64,000 bases of DNA from Kiritimatiellia bacterium. Its GTDB lineage: Bacteria > Verrucomicrobiota > Kiritimatiellia > B70-G9. Position 1 is the first letter of the stretch. Each line of letters opens with the position of its first letter. This document shows positions 1 to 9,744 of this stretch, piece after piece. The notes under the pieces were generated by a model that did not search any database, was not told the origin of the DNA, and was given only the letters and a program-made list of their open reading frames with translations. The stretch covers positions 7,704-71,703 of the forward strand of contig JAOZMZ010000001.1 in assembly GCA_029934055.1 (NCBI GenBank), given 5' to 3'. The translations under genes were made by a program, and so were the position numbers.

Positions 1-1833
1 GACCGGCCGGTCGAAACCAAGGTGGAGACGCGTATCTACGAATTGCGCTATGCCGAGGCCGGCAAGATCGCCGGGAAGCTGCGGGATCTCATCCAGGAGG
101 CCCAGGCCAAGGAACAGAAACCGCGGGTGGTTCCGGTACATCCCCGCACGCCGCCGGGCGTAATCCGCCCGCGCCAGCGGACGCGCAGCACCACGCCGCA
201 GGTGGGGGCCGCCAGCGAGGCCGCCGAACGCGGCATCATCCACGGGAAGGTGAAGATAGTTCCGGACGAGCGCACGAATATCCTGATCATCATTTCCGAG
301 CCGGAAAACTTCGCCTTTTTCGACAAGATAATCGCGGTACTGGACCGCCCGGTCGAGCCCGAGATAATCGTGCGGGTGGTATCGCTCGAATACGCGGACG
401 CCGAGGACGTGGCCTCGATCCTCAACGAGTTCATCGGCGCGGCCAAGGCGGAGAAGAAGAAGACCGGCGTGGCGGCGGCCGAGGAAGGCAAGGCCACCGA
501 AAAGACGCGCAGCGAGGCCCTGCGCGAATACGTCATGCGCCGGGCGGAGGAAACCCTGCGCAAGACCGTCGGAGAAGAAAAGGCGCGCATCGGGCAGCTC
601 TCGCCGAACACCAAGATTCTCGCCGACAAGCGCACCAATTCGCTCTTGCTCATGGGCCGCAAGGCGGATATAGCCGCCCTGCAGGATGTCCTCGCCAAGC
701 TGGACGTGATGCTGCCGCAAGTGCTCATCGAAGCGGTGATCATGGAAGTGGGCCTGACGGACACAATCGAAAGTGGGGTCCAGTGGTTGCAGCGTTCCAT
801 GACCGTTTACAACGAGGAGAAACGCGGTCCGGGCGGCGGGATCGCGGTCCGGCAGCCGGTGATGTCCTTCGGCGGCAGTTTCGGTAAGGGGCCGTTCATG
901 GACGCCAGCAAGGTGACGCGGGAATCCGCGGGCCTTTCAGCCGGTCTGACGTACTATACGACCTTCTTCGACCTCAATATTGATGCCGTGATCCGCATGG
1001 TGGAACGTTCCTCCAATGCACGCATTCTGCAGACCCCCGTAATCCTGACCACCGACAATACCGAGGCCAAGATCATCGTGGGTGAAGACCGTCCGGTGGT
1101 CACCTCGACGACCGTGACGGACGCCGGCAACCAGACTTCCCAATATGAGTACCGCAATATCGGTATCAATTTGACCGTTACCCCGCACATCAATCCGCAG
1201 AACTTCGTCGTCATGGAAATCAATCAGCAGGCCGATGATTTCCTGGAGACGGTGAAGATTGACGAGAACGAGGTGCCGGTGATCATCAAGCGCGAGTTGG
1301 AAGCCACCGTGGCCGTTGAAAACCGTTCCACGGTGGTGCTCGGCGGTCTGGTCAGTTCCGACAAGCGGCACGGGGCCTCTAAGGTGCCGATCCTGGGAGA
1401 TATCCCCCTGCTGGGCGCCCTTTTCCGGGCCACGACGCACAAGACTGCGCGCCGCGAGTTGATGGTGCTTTTTACCCCCTATGTCCTGAGCACACCCGAA
1501 GAGGTGCGCGCGGAGACAATGCGCCTGCACAAGGCTTCCCACGCGCATGAAACCGATTGGTACAGGGGCTGGTCGGACAGCGAACTGGCGAAATTGCCTC
1601 CGGAAGAGATCAAGGCGCAGCGCCTTGCGGAACGTCGCCGGCGGCGCGAGGAGGCCCGGCGGCGCAAACTGGAACTGCGCATGCGCGTGAATGTCCCCGA
1701 ACGCAGTGCCGGAAAAAGCAAGTCCGCTCAACTTCAGTCGCAGGCGGGAGATATGGTAACCAATGCCGCGGCTCCCGCTGCAAGCGGTGCTGTAACCAAT
1801 ACCGCCGACGCCGAGGCGCCCGTCGGCCGTTGA
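1..1833 (+). CDS. gspD: Type II secretion / type IV pilus secretin (GspD/PilQ family), 5'-truncated by the window edge
   Basis: The frame is open from base 1; the ORF track starts at an internal M at 22. Repeated secretin N-domains (NILIIISEPENFAFFDKII; TNSLLLMGRKADIAALQDVL). C-terminal secretin core (ARILQTPVILTTDNTEAKIIVG ... VPILGDIPLLGALFR). Arg/Glu-rich tail. Confidence 0.85.
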   Translation, partial: DRPVETKVETRIYELRYAEAGKIAGKLRDLIQEAQAKEQKPRVVPVHPRTPPGVIRPRQRTRSTTPQVGAASEAAERGIIHGKVKIVPDERTNILIIISEPENFAFFDKIIAVLDRPVEPEIIVRVVSLEYADAEDVASILNEFIGAAKAEKKKTGVAAAEEGKATEKTRSEALREYVMRRAEETLRKTVGEEKARIGQLSPNTKILADKRTNSLLLMGRKADIAALQDVLAKLDVMLPQVLIEAVIMEVGLTDTIESGVQWLQRSMTVYNEEKRGPGGGIAVRQPVMSFGGSFGKGPFMDASKVTRESAGLSAGLTYYTTFFDLNIDAVIRMVERSSNARILQTPVILTTDNTEAKIIVGEDRPVVTSTTVTDAGNQTSQYEYRNIGINLTVTPHINPQNFVVMEINQQADDFLETVKIDENEVPVIIKRELEATVAVENRSTVVLGGLVSSDKRHGASKVPILGDIPLLGALFRATTHKTARRELMVLFTPYVLSTPEEVRAETMRLHKASHAHETDWYRGWSDSELAKLPPEEIKAQRLAERRRRREEARRRKLELRMRVNVPERSAGKSKSAQLQSQAGDMVTNAAAPAASGAVTNTADAEAPVGR

Positions 1834-1834
1834 A

Positions 1835-2308
1835 CTATTCCGGGGGTGCGGCGGTTACCGAAGATGATTCGGGATGTCCCTTGCGCCATTGCTGCGGGAA
1901 GCATGTCTTGTAGGCGAATTGATGGCGGCGGCGGAAAAGGAAAAAGTACGCTCCGGGGGCACCCATGTTGAAAAGCTGGTCCAGGAGGAGATGATGCCCC
2001 CAGCCGGCGACCAGTCCGGTCATCCAGTCCGGCCAGCCGGCGATAGCCGCGGCGGCCACGGTCAGCGCGATCAGTTCCCATGAATGCAGCGGAAGATAGA
2101 CGCGGTCGTAGAGGCCGTCATAGGAGGCGCGGAAGAAATGCCGCAGGTCGGGTCTCCAGCCGAAACTGCGGAAATAGTCGTAGAGATGATCGAGGTCCAC
2201 CAGGATTCCGGTAGTGACCGCCGTGACGGAGGCCAGCACTGAACGCGTCCCGGCCCACACCAGGGCGCCCACCGCCAGGGATGCTGCAATGTGATATCTT
2301 ACCTTCAT
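1835..2308 (-). CDS. Small polytopic membrane protein, DUF457/YdjM-like putative metal-dependent hydrolase
   Basis: 157 aa with several hydrophobic segments and His/Asp motifs (VDLDHLYD, GWGHHLLLD), as in the YdjM/YbcI family. Family assignment is from memory of motifs only. Confidence 0.45.
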   Translation of the reverse strand: MKVRYHIAASLAVGALVWAGTRSVLASVTAVTTGILVDLDHLYDYFRSFGWRPDLRHFFRASYDGLYDRVYLPLHSWELIALTVAAAAIAGWPDWMTGLVAGWGHHLLLDQLFNMGAPGAYFFLFRRRHQFAYKTCFPQQWRKGHPESSSVTAAPPE

Positions 2309-2375
2309 TTGTTTATCCGGAGGGTTGGCGCGGGTACGACCCGCCGCGGGCCTTTACCGGGATATGCTGACAAGT

Positions 2376-2493
2376 TGTGGATAAACTTCACAGGGTTGCC
2401 GATGGGTGTCAATGGCGGGAAAAAGGCTTCAAATCCTTCCCCAACGGGAGCGGCGCGCGCGGATGTCGTCCGGTTTTCCACAGGTTATCAACA
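2376..2493. promoter_or_regulatory. Cluster of DnaA-box-like 9-mers in an intergenic spacer
   Basis: TGTGGATAA at 2376-2384 is a perfect reverse complement of TTATCCACA. TTTTCCACA at 2474-2482 and TTATCAACA at 2485-2493 each have one mismatch. TTATCCGGA at 2313-2321 has two mismatches. Confidence 0.3.
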
Positions 2494-2503
2494 GCCCGGG
2501 TTT

Positions 2504-3691
2504 TCAGGATCTGACGCGTTCGAGAAAGCGGCGCAAGCGGCCGGCGGCCTCCTGGAGATCGTCCATGGCCGTGGCGTATGAGCACCGCAGGAACCCTTCG
2601 CCGCAGGAGCCGAAGGCCGTTCCCGGGACGGCGGCGACATTTTCTTCATTGAGGAGCCGGAGGGCGAAGTCGCGGGAGGTCATACCGGTGGAACTGATAT
2701 CCGGGAAGGCGTAGAAGGCGCCCGTCGGCGTGACGCATGGCAACTGCAGCTCACGGAAGGTCTTGACGATGAAATTACGCCGCCGCAGGTACTCGGCGCG
2801 CATCTCGGAGATATCCCGATCCGCTTCCCGCAGGGCCTCGATGGCGGCTTCCTGGCTGAGCGTAGGGGCACAGAGCATGGTGTACTGGTGAATTTTCATC
2901 ATCGCCTCGATGAGCTGACGGGGGCCGCAGGCATACCCGAGACGGAAGCCGGTCATGGCCCAGGCCTTGGAGAAACCATGCAGGAAAATCGTGCGCTCGC
3001 GCATACCGGGAAGGGCGGCGATGCTGGTGTGTTTTTCGTCGTAGGAGAGCTCGGCGTAGATCTCGTCGCTGACCACGAGCAGGTCGCGTTCACGTACAAA
3101 TGCGGCGATTTCCTCCAGGTGTCCGCGCGGCAGGGTGGCGCCGGTCGGATTGTTGGGGTAATTGAGCAGGATCAAACGGGTGCGGGGAGTGATTTTTTCT
3201 TCCAGTGCGGTGCGGGTGATGCGGAAGGCATCGGCGGGCGTAGTGATGACCGGCACCGGTATGCCGTGGGCGAAGGTGATTACGGGGGCGTAGGAGACGT
3301 AAGACGGCTCGTGATAGATCACTTCCTCGCCGGGATTGAGGAGTGCGCGCACGGCCAGGTCGAGCCCTTCGCTCACGCCGACGGTGATAATGATTTCCGT
3401 ATCAGGATCATAGACCATGCCGAAGGTGCGCTGGACATACTCGGCGATGGCTTGCCGCAGGCGGGGCAGGCCGAGATTGGATGTATAGCTGGTGGCGCCG
3501 CGCTCGAGGGCGAAGACGGCGGCTTCGCGCACGTGCCAGGGAGTCACGAAGTCGGGCTCGCCGATCCCCAGGCTGATAATGTCCTTGCGGGAACTGACGA
3601 TATCGAAAAAATCACGTATTCCCGAACGGGGGATATCGCGGACGTGCGCGGCCACGCGTTCATGGAGTGACTTTGAGTCTTTCGTATTCAT
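2504..3691 (-). CDS. Class I/II PLP-dependent aminotransferase (AspC-family-like)
   Basis: 395 aa. Motifs NYPNNPTGA and PLP-lysine region GFSKAWAMTGFRLGY; N-terminal IPRSGIRDFFD. Overlaps the upstream Lrp gene by 32 nt. An alternative GTG start at 3655 would remove the overlap. Confidence 0.85.
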   Translation of the reverse strand: MNTKDSKSLHERVAAHVRDIPRSGIRDFFDIVSSRKDIISLGIGEPDFVTPWHVREAAVFALERGATSYTSNLGLPRLRQAIAEYVQRTFGMVYDPDTEIIITVGVSEGLDLAVRALLNPGEEVIYHEPSYVSYAPVITFAHGIPVPVITTPADAFRITRTALEEKITPRTRLILLNYPNNPTGATLPRGHLEEIAAFVRERDLLVVSDEIYAELSYDEKHTSIAALPGMRERTIFLHGFSKAWAMTGFRLGYACGPRQLIEAMMKIHQYTMLCAPTLSQEAAIEALREADRDISEMRAEYLRRRNFIVKTFRELQLPCVTPTGAFYAFPDISSTGMTSRDFALRLLNEENVAAVPGTAFGSCGEGFLRCSYATAMDDLQEAAGRLRRFLERVRS

Positions 3692-4139
3692 CCTCGGACT
3701 CCATCAGCAGGCCGTGATGCTTGTAGGTCTTGAGCATGAAATGGGTCGCCGTGGAGGTGACCCCTTCCATCGGGGCGAGTTTTTCGCTTACGAAGCCGGC
3801 TACTTCCTGCAGGTCACGTCCGTCCACGAACAGGAGCAGGTCGTAGGCTCCGGACATCAGGTAGGCTGAGCGCACTTCCTGAAAGCGGCATATACGCCGG
3901 GCGAGGCGGTCGAACCCGCCTTCCCGTTCGGGCGTGATCTTGACCTCGATCACCGCGGTGACGCTGCGCACGTCGAGACGGTCTTCGTTGACGATGGCCT
4001 GGTATCCGCGGATGATGCCTTCCTTTTCATAGGCGGCGATCTTGCTGCGGACCTCTTCGACGCTCATGTTCAACATGGCGGCGAGGTTTTCCGGGGTCTC
4101 GAGCGCGTTTTTTTTCAGTATTTTCAGTAGTTCATCCAT
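3660..4139 (-). CDS. Lrp/AsnC family transcriptional regulator
   Basis: 159 aa. N-terminal HTH (LDELLKILKKNALETPENLAAMLNMSVEEVRSKIAAYEKEGIIRGY) followed by an AsnC/RAM-type C-terminal domain. Apparent operon with the aminotransferase. Confidence 0.85.
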   Translation of the reverse strand: MDELLKILKKNALETPENLAAMLNMSVEEVRSKIAAYEKEGIIRGYQAIVNEDRLDVRSVTAVIEVKITPEREGGFDRLARRICRFQEVRSAYLMSGAYDLLLFVDGRDLQEVAGFVSEKLAPMEGVTSTATHFMLKTYKHHGLLMESEDEYERLKVTP

Positions 4140-4338
4140 GACGGCCTCCCGGTATTATCAACCGATCCGGATTGTTCTCCGACCTGGAACGCACGGCCAG
4201 TTATCTATACCGGGTCAGCCGGACGGCGTCCAGCCTCAAACCGGCGGGCCGGGTCCGGCAGAATACTCGGACTTGCCAACGGGCGCAGGATGCGGGCATG
4301 GTAAATCGGCGGTTGAGTGAAGGAGCGGGCTGATAGGT

Positions 4339-5106
4339 ATGGCCAATCCATTGCGCAACATTCGTATCGTACTGGTACGACCGATTTACGGCGGCAATCT
4401 GGGCGCGGTATGTCGGGCCATGAAGAACATGGGTATCTACGATCTTGCGGTGGTATCCCCTCATCCGGAGTTGGATATGAGTGAGGCGCGCCAACGGGCG
4501 TATCATGCAGGCGACATTCTGGAGAAACGGCATCAGTACGAGAGCCTTGCCGCGGCCGTGGCCGACTGCGCCCTGGTGGCGGGTACCAGCGCGCGGGGCG
4601 GTCTCTACCGGGCCCACGCGCGCGCTCCCCGTGAATGGGCGCCGCGGCTGATCGAGGCGGCCTCGGCCAACCGCGTGGCGCTGGTTTTCGGAACGGAGGA
4701 CAAGGGACTCAGCAACGAGGAATTGGCCTTGTGCACCCAGATCATCCGGATACCGTCGTCGCGCGCCTATTCTTCGCTCAATCTTTCCCACGCGGTGATC
4801 ATCTGTTGCTACGAGATGTTTCTGGCGGCGGGCCGGTATCGCCATGCGGGGGAGAAGTCCCCCGAGGCCGCTTGCGAACTGCGCGAGCGGATGTTTGCGA
4901 TGTGGAGGGAGACGCTCCTGGAGATCGGGTTCATGAAAGACGACAAGGCCCGTCATATGATGATGGGCTTGCGGCGGGTACTCTCGCGGGGACCCCTCAG
5001 CGAGAACGACGTCCAGATTCTCATGGGAATCGCCCGCCAGGCGCGTTGGGCGGCGAACAATCCGCCCGTCCGGCGAGAGCGGCGAAAATCATCCGAAGGG
5101 GATTGA
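4339..5106 (+). CDS. trmJ: SpoU/TrmH-class tRNA 2'-O-methyltransferase, TrmJ-like
   Basis: The N-terminus NIRIVLVRPIYGGNLGAVCRAMKNMGIYDLAVVSP closely parallels E. coli TrmJ. Also VALVFGTEDKGLSNEEL and SLNLSHAV motifs. Confidence 0.75.
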   Translation: MANPLRNIRIVLVRPIYGGNLGAVCRAMKNMGIYDLAVVSPHPELDMSEARQRAYHAGDILEKRHQYESLAAAVADCALVAGTSARGGLYRAHARAPREWAPRLIEAASANRVALVFGTEDKGLSNEELALCTQIIRIPSSRAYSSLNLSHAVIICCYEMFLAAGRYRHAGEKSPEAACELRERMFAMWRETLLEIGFMKDDKARHMMMGLRRVLSRGPLSENDVQILMGIARQARWAANNPPVRRERRKSSEGD

Positions 5107-5174
5107 CTCCGGCCGGTCGGCGACGTAGATTGCAACGCTGTTTATTGACGGTCGATTTTGAAAGGAGCACAGGC

Positions 5175-6131
5175 ATGATAGTCACGACGAAAGGTCTCTT
5201 TAAACACGCCTACGGAAAGTATGCCATCGGTGCATACAACATCAACAATCTCGAGCAGACCATGGGATTGTTCCGCGGCAACCTCGACAGTCAGGCGCCT
5301 TTCATCCTTCAGATTTCCAAGGGCGCCCGCGCCTATACCGACAAGCGCATGCTGGAAGGAATCATCCGGGCTGCCGACGAGGTTTTCCCGGAAGCGATTT
5401 TCGCGGTGCATCTCGATCACGGGGACGAGGAAACCTGCTACGAGTGTATCGAAAGCGGGTTTTACAGCTCGGTGATGATCGATGCCAGCGCCAAGCCGTT
5501 CGAGGAGAACGTGGCCATAACCAAGCGTGTCGTTGATGCCGCGCATGCCAAGGGGATCGCGGTTGAAGCGGAGCTGGGTCAGCTCGGCGGGGTGGAAGAG
5601 GACGTCTCCGTTGACGCGGAGAAGGCCAAGTTGACCGACCCCGACCAGGCCAAGGAATTCGTCGAGCGCACGGGTTGCGACAGCCTGGCGTGCGCCATAG
5701 GAACGAGTCACGGGGCCTTCAAATTCAAGGGGCGCCAGGGGCTGCATTTCGACGTGCTCGAAGAAATTCAAAAACGGCTGCCGGGGTTCCCCCTGGTCAT
5801 GCACGGTTCAAGCTCCGTTCCGGAGGAAGAGGTGCGGCGCATCAACGCCGCGGGCGGCAAGCTGCTCGGGGCCAAGGGCGTTGATGAGAACGAGTTTGCG
5901 CGGGCCGCGCAGCTCGGCGTGACCAAGGTCAACATCGATACCGACGGGCGTCTGGTGTGGACACGGGTTCACCGGGAGTATTTCCTCGAACATCCGGAGA
6001 ACTTCGATTTGCGGCCGCCGGGGAAGGTGTTCATGGCCGAATACGCCAAGTTCATCGCCCACAAGAACGAGAAGCTCGGCAGCGCCGGGAAGCTCGAGGA
6101 AGTGCGTGCATTTCTCGGCAAGGAAGGCTGA
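5175..6131 (+). CDS. fba: Class II fructose-bisphosphate aldolase
   Basis: Starts MIVTTKGLFKHAYGKYAIGAYNINN, preceded by the RBS AAAGGAG at 5161-5167. Motifs VHLDHG, AIGTSHGAFKF, LVMHGSS. The longer track ORF from 4635 overlaps trmJ and is rejected. Confidence 0.9.
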   Translation: MIVTTKGLFKHAYGKYAIGAYNINNLEQTMGLFRGNLDSQAPFILQISKGARAYTDKRMLEGIIRAADEVFPEAIFAVHLDHGDEETCYECIESGFYSSVMIDASAKPFEENVAITKRVVDAAHAKGIAVEAELGQLGGVEEDVSVDAEKAKLTDPDQAKEFVERTGCDSLACAIGTSHGAFKFKGRQGLHFDVLEEIQKRLPGFPLVMHGSSSVPEEEVRRINAAGGKLLGAKGVDENEFARAAQLGVTKVNIDTDGRLVWTRVHREYFLEHPENFDLRPPGKVFMAEYAKFIAHKNEKLGSAGKLEEVRAFLGKEG

Positions 6132-6189
6132 GGGCCGCGCCGCGGGAGGCGTCTAAGGCGCGCGGGCGTTCTTTGTCCGGGCAAGCCAA

Positions 6190-6663
6190 TCAACTTCGGG
6201 CGGCAGGTGGATGCTCCTCGCCGCCCGATTCCGTTGCCTTGAGGATGTCCGCGATCCGTTCCAGAGATTCCCGGATGGCGTCTGTTTCCCTGCGGATGTT
6301 TTCGAGAATCCGGTTGTGACTGACGCGCAGCTCCTCGAGGTGTACCCGGCGGCGGTTGGTTTCCTCGATCGACTCGGTAAGTTCAGCGATCTTCGAGCGG
6401 GCGGCATCCAGTGCCGAGGCCAGTTCGCGGATGCGCTCGTCGCGGGGATCGAAGGCGATCGATTTCAGGGTCCTGCCCGCCACCGGCGCATCTTGAGCAT
6501 CCGCGGCGGGCACGGTGATATTCCCTCCGCATTTCGGACAGGTGACTTCCATTCCGGCGGCGCGGCGGTCTACGGCGAGACTTTCACCGCAGTGAGGGCA
6601 GGCGAAAACAATATCGTCGGATTGAACGGCTGCCGTATCGGCCTGTTTTTCCTTCCTGGTCAT
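6190..6663 (-). CDS. Hypothetical zinc-ribbon protein with C-terminal coiled coil
   Basis: CPHC...CPKC (one 4-Cys ribbon) followed by a heptad-like Glu/Arg/Leu-rich segment. Last gene on the same strand after the mevalonate genes, with a 97-nt gap. Confidence 0.55.
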   Translation of the reverse strand: MTRKEKQADTAAVQSDDIVFACPHCGESLAVDRRAAGMEVTCPKCGGNITVPAADAQDAPVAGRTLKSIAFDPRDERIRELASALDAARSKIAELTESIEETNRRRVHLEELRVSHNRILENIRRETDAIRESLERIADILKATESGGEEHPPAARS

Positions 6664-6760
6664 CAGTGGCTCCGCAACCGGTCTTCCTCTACATTTTTAA
6701 CCTTTATCGGCTGGCTTGCAAGACGGCAGAGCGTCCGTCCCGGGTTGGGAAGCCGGCTGA

Positions 6761-7801
6761 TCAGGGGGCGGGCTCACCACCGGGCAGGATTATTTCGCTT
6801 TCCGGGAAGACACGTTTTACTGCAGCGCTCTGTTGCGCTTCGAAGATGAGTTTTACGTTGGGGCCGGCGTCAATCGTGAAATATATGGGAATTTGTTCCT
6901 CGCGGCGCAACCGGTGTACCTGTTGGATTACCCGCAGCGTGGCCGGCGACCAATAGATTATGGGCGGACGGGCGGCGAGCATGGCGGCGTGCATCATGAG
7001 CGCATTGGCCTCGGCGGTCTCTCCGAGCTTGGTAAGATCCTTTTTTCGGAGAGCATCGCAGATGGTTTGGAAATCACTCTCGGCCTGCTTGACCCAAGCC
7101 GCGTAGAGGGGGGAAGTGCTGCGCGTATGCTCCATGCCGGAGCGCGAGCCGATGTGTTTGCGTCGTGAGGATACGATTACGAGGCCGAGGGCGAGCTCCG
7201 GCCAGTCGCTGTCGAGCGGTTCGGCGTAGCTGTCCATTCCGTCGGGAGCCGTGCCGGCATGCCATACGACGAATCCCGTGTAGACGCTGCGAGCGGCACT
7301 GCCGCTGCCGAGACGGGCAAGGATGGAAGCCCGGCGGCGGTCGAGGTTCCAGGCGAAGAGGTCATCCAATGCCAAGACAAGAGCGGCGAAGGCAGCGGCC
7401 GATGATGCCAGGCCCGCTCCGATCGGCAGGTTGGTTTCGCTCGAGAGGCGGAAGAAGTAGTTGTAGCCGGCGCGCCGGAATTCCTCCAGGAAAGAAGCCG
7501 TCCGCAGGGCGATATCACTATCGGGGGCGAGGCGGGTGCCGTTGAGGATGATTTCGTCACGGTCGCCGGCTTTCAGCGTGCTGATATGGGTGCGGGCGCC
7601 CAGGTGACCGAGAGAGATCGAAACGCTGGAATTGGCGGGGACGTTCAGGGCGCTGATGCGTTTGCCCCAGTACTTGGACAGGGCGATGTTGGCCGGGGCG
7701 AACGCGCGGCCGTACTCGCGGGGCGGATGCTCTGCGGGCGGGGGTACTATCTTGGCAATTATTCCCGCGGGCGTTGCGGCGGATTGAGTGGTTTCAGTCA
7801 A
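6761..7801 (-). CDS. mvaD: Diphosphomevalonate decarboxylase
   Basis: FAPANIALSKYWGKR, GLASSAAAFAALV and SGSAARS motifs. I prefer the TTG start at 7801 (GGGAGGG 7 nt upstream, 8-nt overlap with the preceding gene) over the track TTG at 7834. Confidence 0.85.
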   Translation of the reverse strand: MTETTQSAATPAGIIAKIVPPPAEHPPREYGRAFAPANIALSKYWGKRISALNVPANSSVSISLGHLGARTHISTLKAGDRDEIILNGTRLAPDSDIALRTASFLEEFRRAGYNYFFRLSSETNLPIGAGLASSAAAFAALVLALDDLFAWNLDRRRASILARLGSGSAARSVYTGFVVWHAGTAPDGMDSYAEPLDSDWPELALGLVIVSSRRKHIGSRSGMEHTRSTSPLYAAWVKQAESDFQTICDALRKKDLTKLGETAEANALMMHAAMLAARPPIIYWSPATLRVIQQVHRLRREEQIPIYFTIDAGPNVKLIFEAQQSAAVKRVFPESEIILPGGEPAP

Positions 7802-8720
7802 TTTGAAGGCCCTCCCGGGTGACGGCGATTTCAAGCAGGCGGCCCGTCGGCGGCGGGATTGAGACCGTGCCGATACCGATTACGCAGTCGCCCAAACCCG
7901 CACCCGATACTTTGGCTCCCAGGATGTGGGGTGAGTTGCGCAGGAAGTGGACGATTTCCGCGAGGGGGCGGTCAACGACCCCGATGGCCTCCATCAATCC
8001 ATGGGCGAAATCACATATTGCGCCCAGTCTTGACCAGTCGCCGCGGTCGAGCGCCTGGGCTCCTTCCTCGGCGCTGCGTCCGATCAGGGCCATGGCTTCC
8101 GCAAACATGTCGGGCAAGACCTCGGACTTGTGGGCAACCATGGCGATAACCTGCGGCGTAGGCTTCTTGTAGCCCGAATAGACCACCGCCAGGGGGGGGT
8201 CGTGTGCCAGCCGGCGTGCGGACGGGGTGTCGGGGTGATAGATGAGCGTACCCCCCAGGAGCGCGGCGGCGGCGTCGGCGCCGGAGGCGGAGCCCTGGAC
8301 GCGGCGGATTATGGAGACGACCGGTTCAAGGAGCGCCTCTGCCGTGGCCTGGGATTCGGTGATCGCCGAGAGGCAGCCCGTTACGGCGGCGGTTACCGCC
8401 GCCGAGGACCCGAGTCCGAGACTATGTTCGAAATCGGATTCGATGCGCACGTCGAGACCGGAGGCGAGCTGTTCGCGATAGTAGGCGATGGTGGCGAGGA
8501 CGAAAGAGTGCGGTTCTTGAGGAGTGAGGTCCTCCAGGCTGGCTTCGGTTTTTCCCAGAGCGGAAGATATGTATACCTTTTGATCCGTCCGCACGCGCAC
8601 GGCGGCGCGGATCCGGCGGTTGACGGCCGCCACGACGGCGGCGTGCCCGTGCAAGACGGCATGCTCACCCAGCAGCATCAGACTGCCCGGGGCGCTGGCC
8701 CTGTAATATGCGGACGCCAT
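7794..8720 (-). CDS. GHMP kinase, probable phosphomevalonate kinase
   Basis: APGSLMLLGEHAVLHG, LGLGSSAAVTAAV and KVSGAGLGDCVIG. The GDC motif resembles ERG8-type phosphomevalonate kinases, and the gene lies between mvk and mvaD. Overlaps the mvk 3' end by 56 nt. Confidence 0.6.
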   Translation of the reverse strand: MASAYYRASAPGSLMLLGEHAVLHGHAAVVAAVNRRIRAAVRVRTDQKVYISSALGKTEASLEDLTPQEPHSFVLATIAYYREQLASGLDVRIESDFEHSLGLGSSAAVTAAVTGCLSAITESQATAEALLEPVVSIIRRVQGSASGADAAAALLGGTLIYHPDTPSARRLAHDPPLAVVYSGYKKPTPQVIAMVAHKSEVLPDMFAEAMALIGRSAEEGAQALDRGDWSRLGAICDFAHGLMEAIGVVDRPLAEIVHFLRNSPHILGAKVSGAGLGDCVIGIGTVSIPPPTGRLLEIAVTREGLQID

Positions 8721-9744
8721 GCGAAGTTCCTTTGACGGTCATGAGAGTGTAACCGAATTCTGCGCACAAGGCGACGGTGTTGTGCCCGCCGAGCAACCAG
8801 ACCATCCCGGCCGAGGGGCCGCGCACGGCACCCGCTCCGCAGATCTTCGCGGCACCACCGCCGCGTTCGACACGGGATATGAAATCGCGGACGCGCGGGG
8901 GAACGACACCGATCCGGTCGAGGAGGTGGTGATTCCGGCGTACGCAGTGTTGCAGGAGGGGCTGGTCATTGCTTTCCAGGGCGCGTTGCATGTCGGCGGT
9001 GACAGCCGCGAAGTCGTCCCAGATCGAGCTGTCGGCATAGTGGGCGGCGACATGCTCCACGCATTCGCCGGTGGAGGAAAGGGGAGTTCCGGTATTGACC
9101 AGAGTCATTTCGCCGAGCGAGCGCTGCAATCGCCGCGGGGAGTCCTTGCGGAACAGTGTCAGCCCGCCGTACACGGTTGCATAGGGGTCGATTCCGCTCG
9201 GGCGGCCATGCTGGATTTTTTCGGCCTCGATCACGAGGGCCAGCAGGTCGTCCGGGTTCAACTCGATACCCAGGTAGGCGGCGGCTCCGGCAATGACTGC
9301 CGCGCTGACGGCGGCCGAAGACCCCATCCCGGCGCCGGACGGTATGGATGAATGCACCGTCAGGAGCATGCGGGAAGCCTTTGCGGCCCGTTCAAGGATC
9401 AGTGCCAGGGCGTACATCGAGAGATCGGCGGGGTCGGTGACGATTTCGGCGGACTTCAGGCGGCCGGCGAGAAATCGTTGGTGGCGTTGCTGCAACCGCC
9501 GCCGGACGGTTGCGAAATCCGCGGCCGGGATGCTGAAATGGGTGTCGAGCGAACCGGCGCCCGCCCGCATGATGTCCGGCAGGCGTACGATGATTCCCTC
9601 GGACGGGGCCTGACTGCAGTGAGCGGTGGCTGACCGGCCGACCGCCTGTACCAGTGCCGGGCGGCCGTAGACTACGGAGTGCTCGCCGGAAAGAATGATT
9701 TTTCCGGGGGCCTTGGCGATTACGTCCTTCGCGGGTGCTTTCAT
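8665..9744 (-). CDS. mvk: Mevalonate kinase
   Basis: APGKIILSGEHSVVYG, GAGMGSSAAVSAAV and KICGAGAVRG motifs. The start ATG overlaps the fni stop (ATGA at 9741-9744). Confidence 0.8.
   Translation of the reverse strand: MKAPAKDVIAKAPGKIILSGEHSVVYGRPALVQAVGRSATAHCSQAPSEGIIVRLPDIMRAGAGSLDTHFSIPAADFATVRRRLQQRHQRFLAGRLKSAEIVTDPADLSMYALALILERAAKASRMLLTVHSSIPSGAGMGSSAAVSAAVIAGAAAYLGIELNPDDLLALVIEAEKIQHGRPSGIDPYATVYGGLTLFRKDSPRRLQRSLGEMTLVNTGTPLSSTGECVEHVAAHYADSSIWDDFAAVTADMQRALESNDQPLLQHCVRRNHHLLDRIGVVPPRVRDFISRVERGGGAAKICGAGAVRGPSAGMVWLLGGHNTVALCAEFGYTLMTVKGTSHGVRILQGQRPGQSDAAG

Noticed and set aside
4635-5174. 180-codon N-terminal extension of the aldolase ORF, overlapping trmJ in another frame.
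   Set aside because: The extension is low-complexity. A canonical aldolase N-terminus (MIVTTKGLFKHA...) begins at 5175, directly after AAAGGAG.
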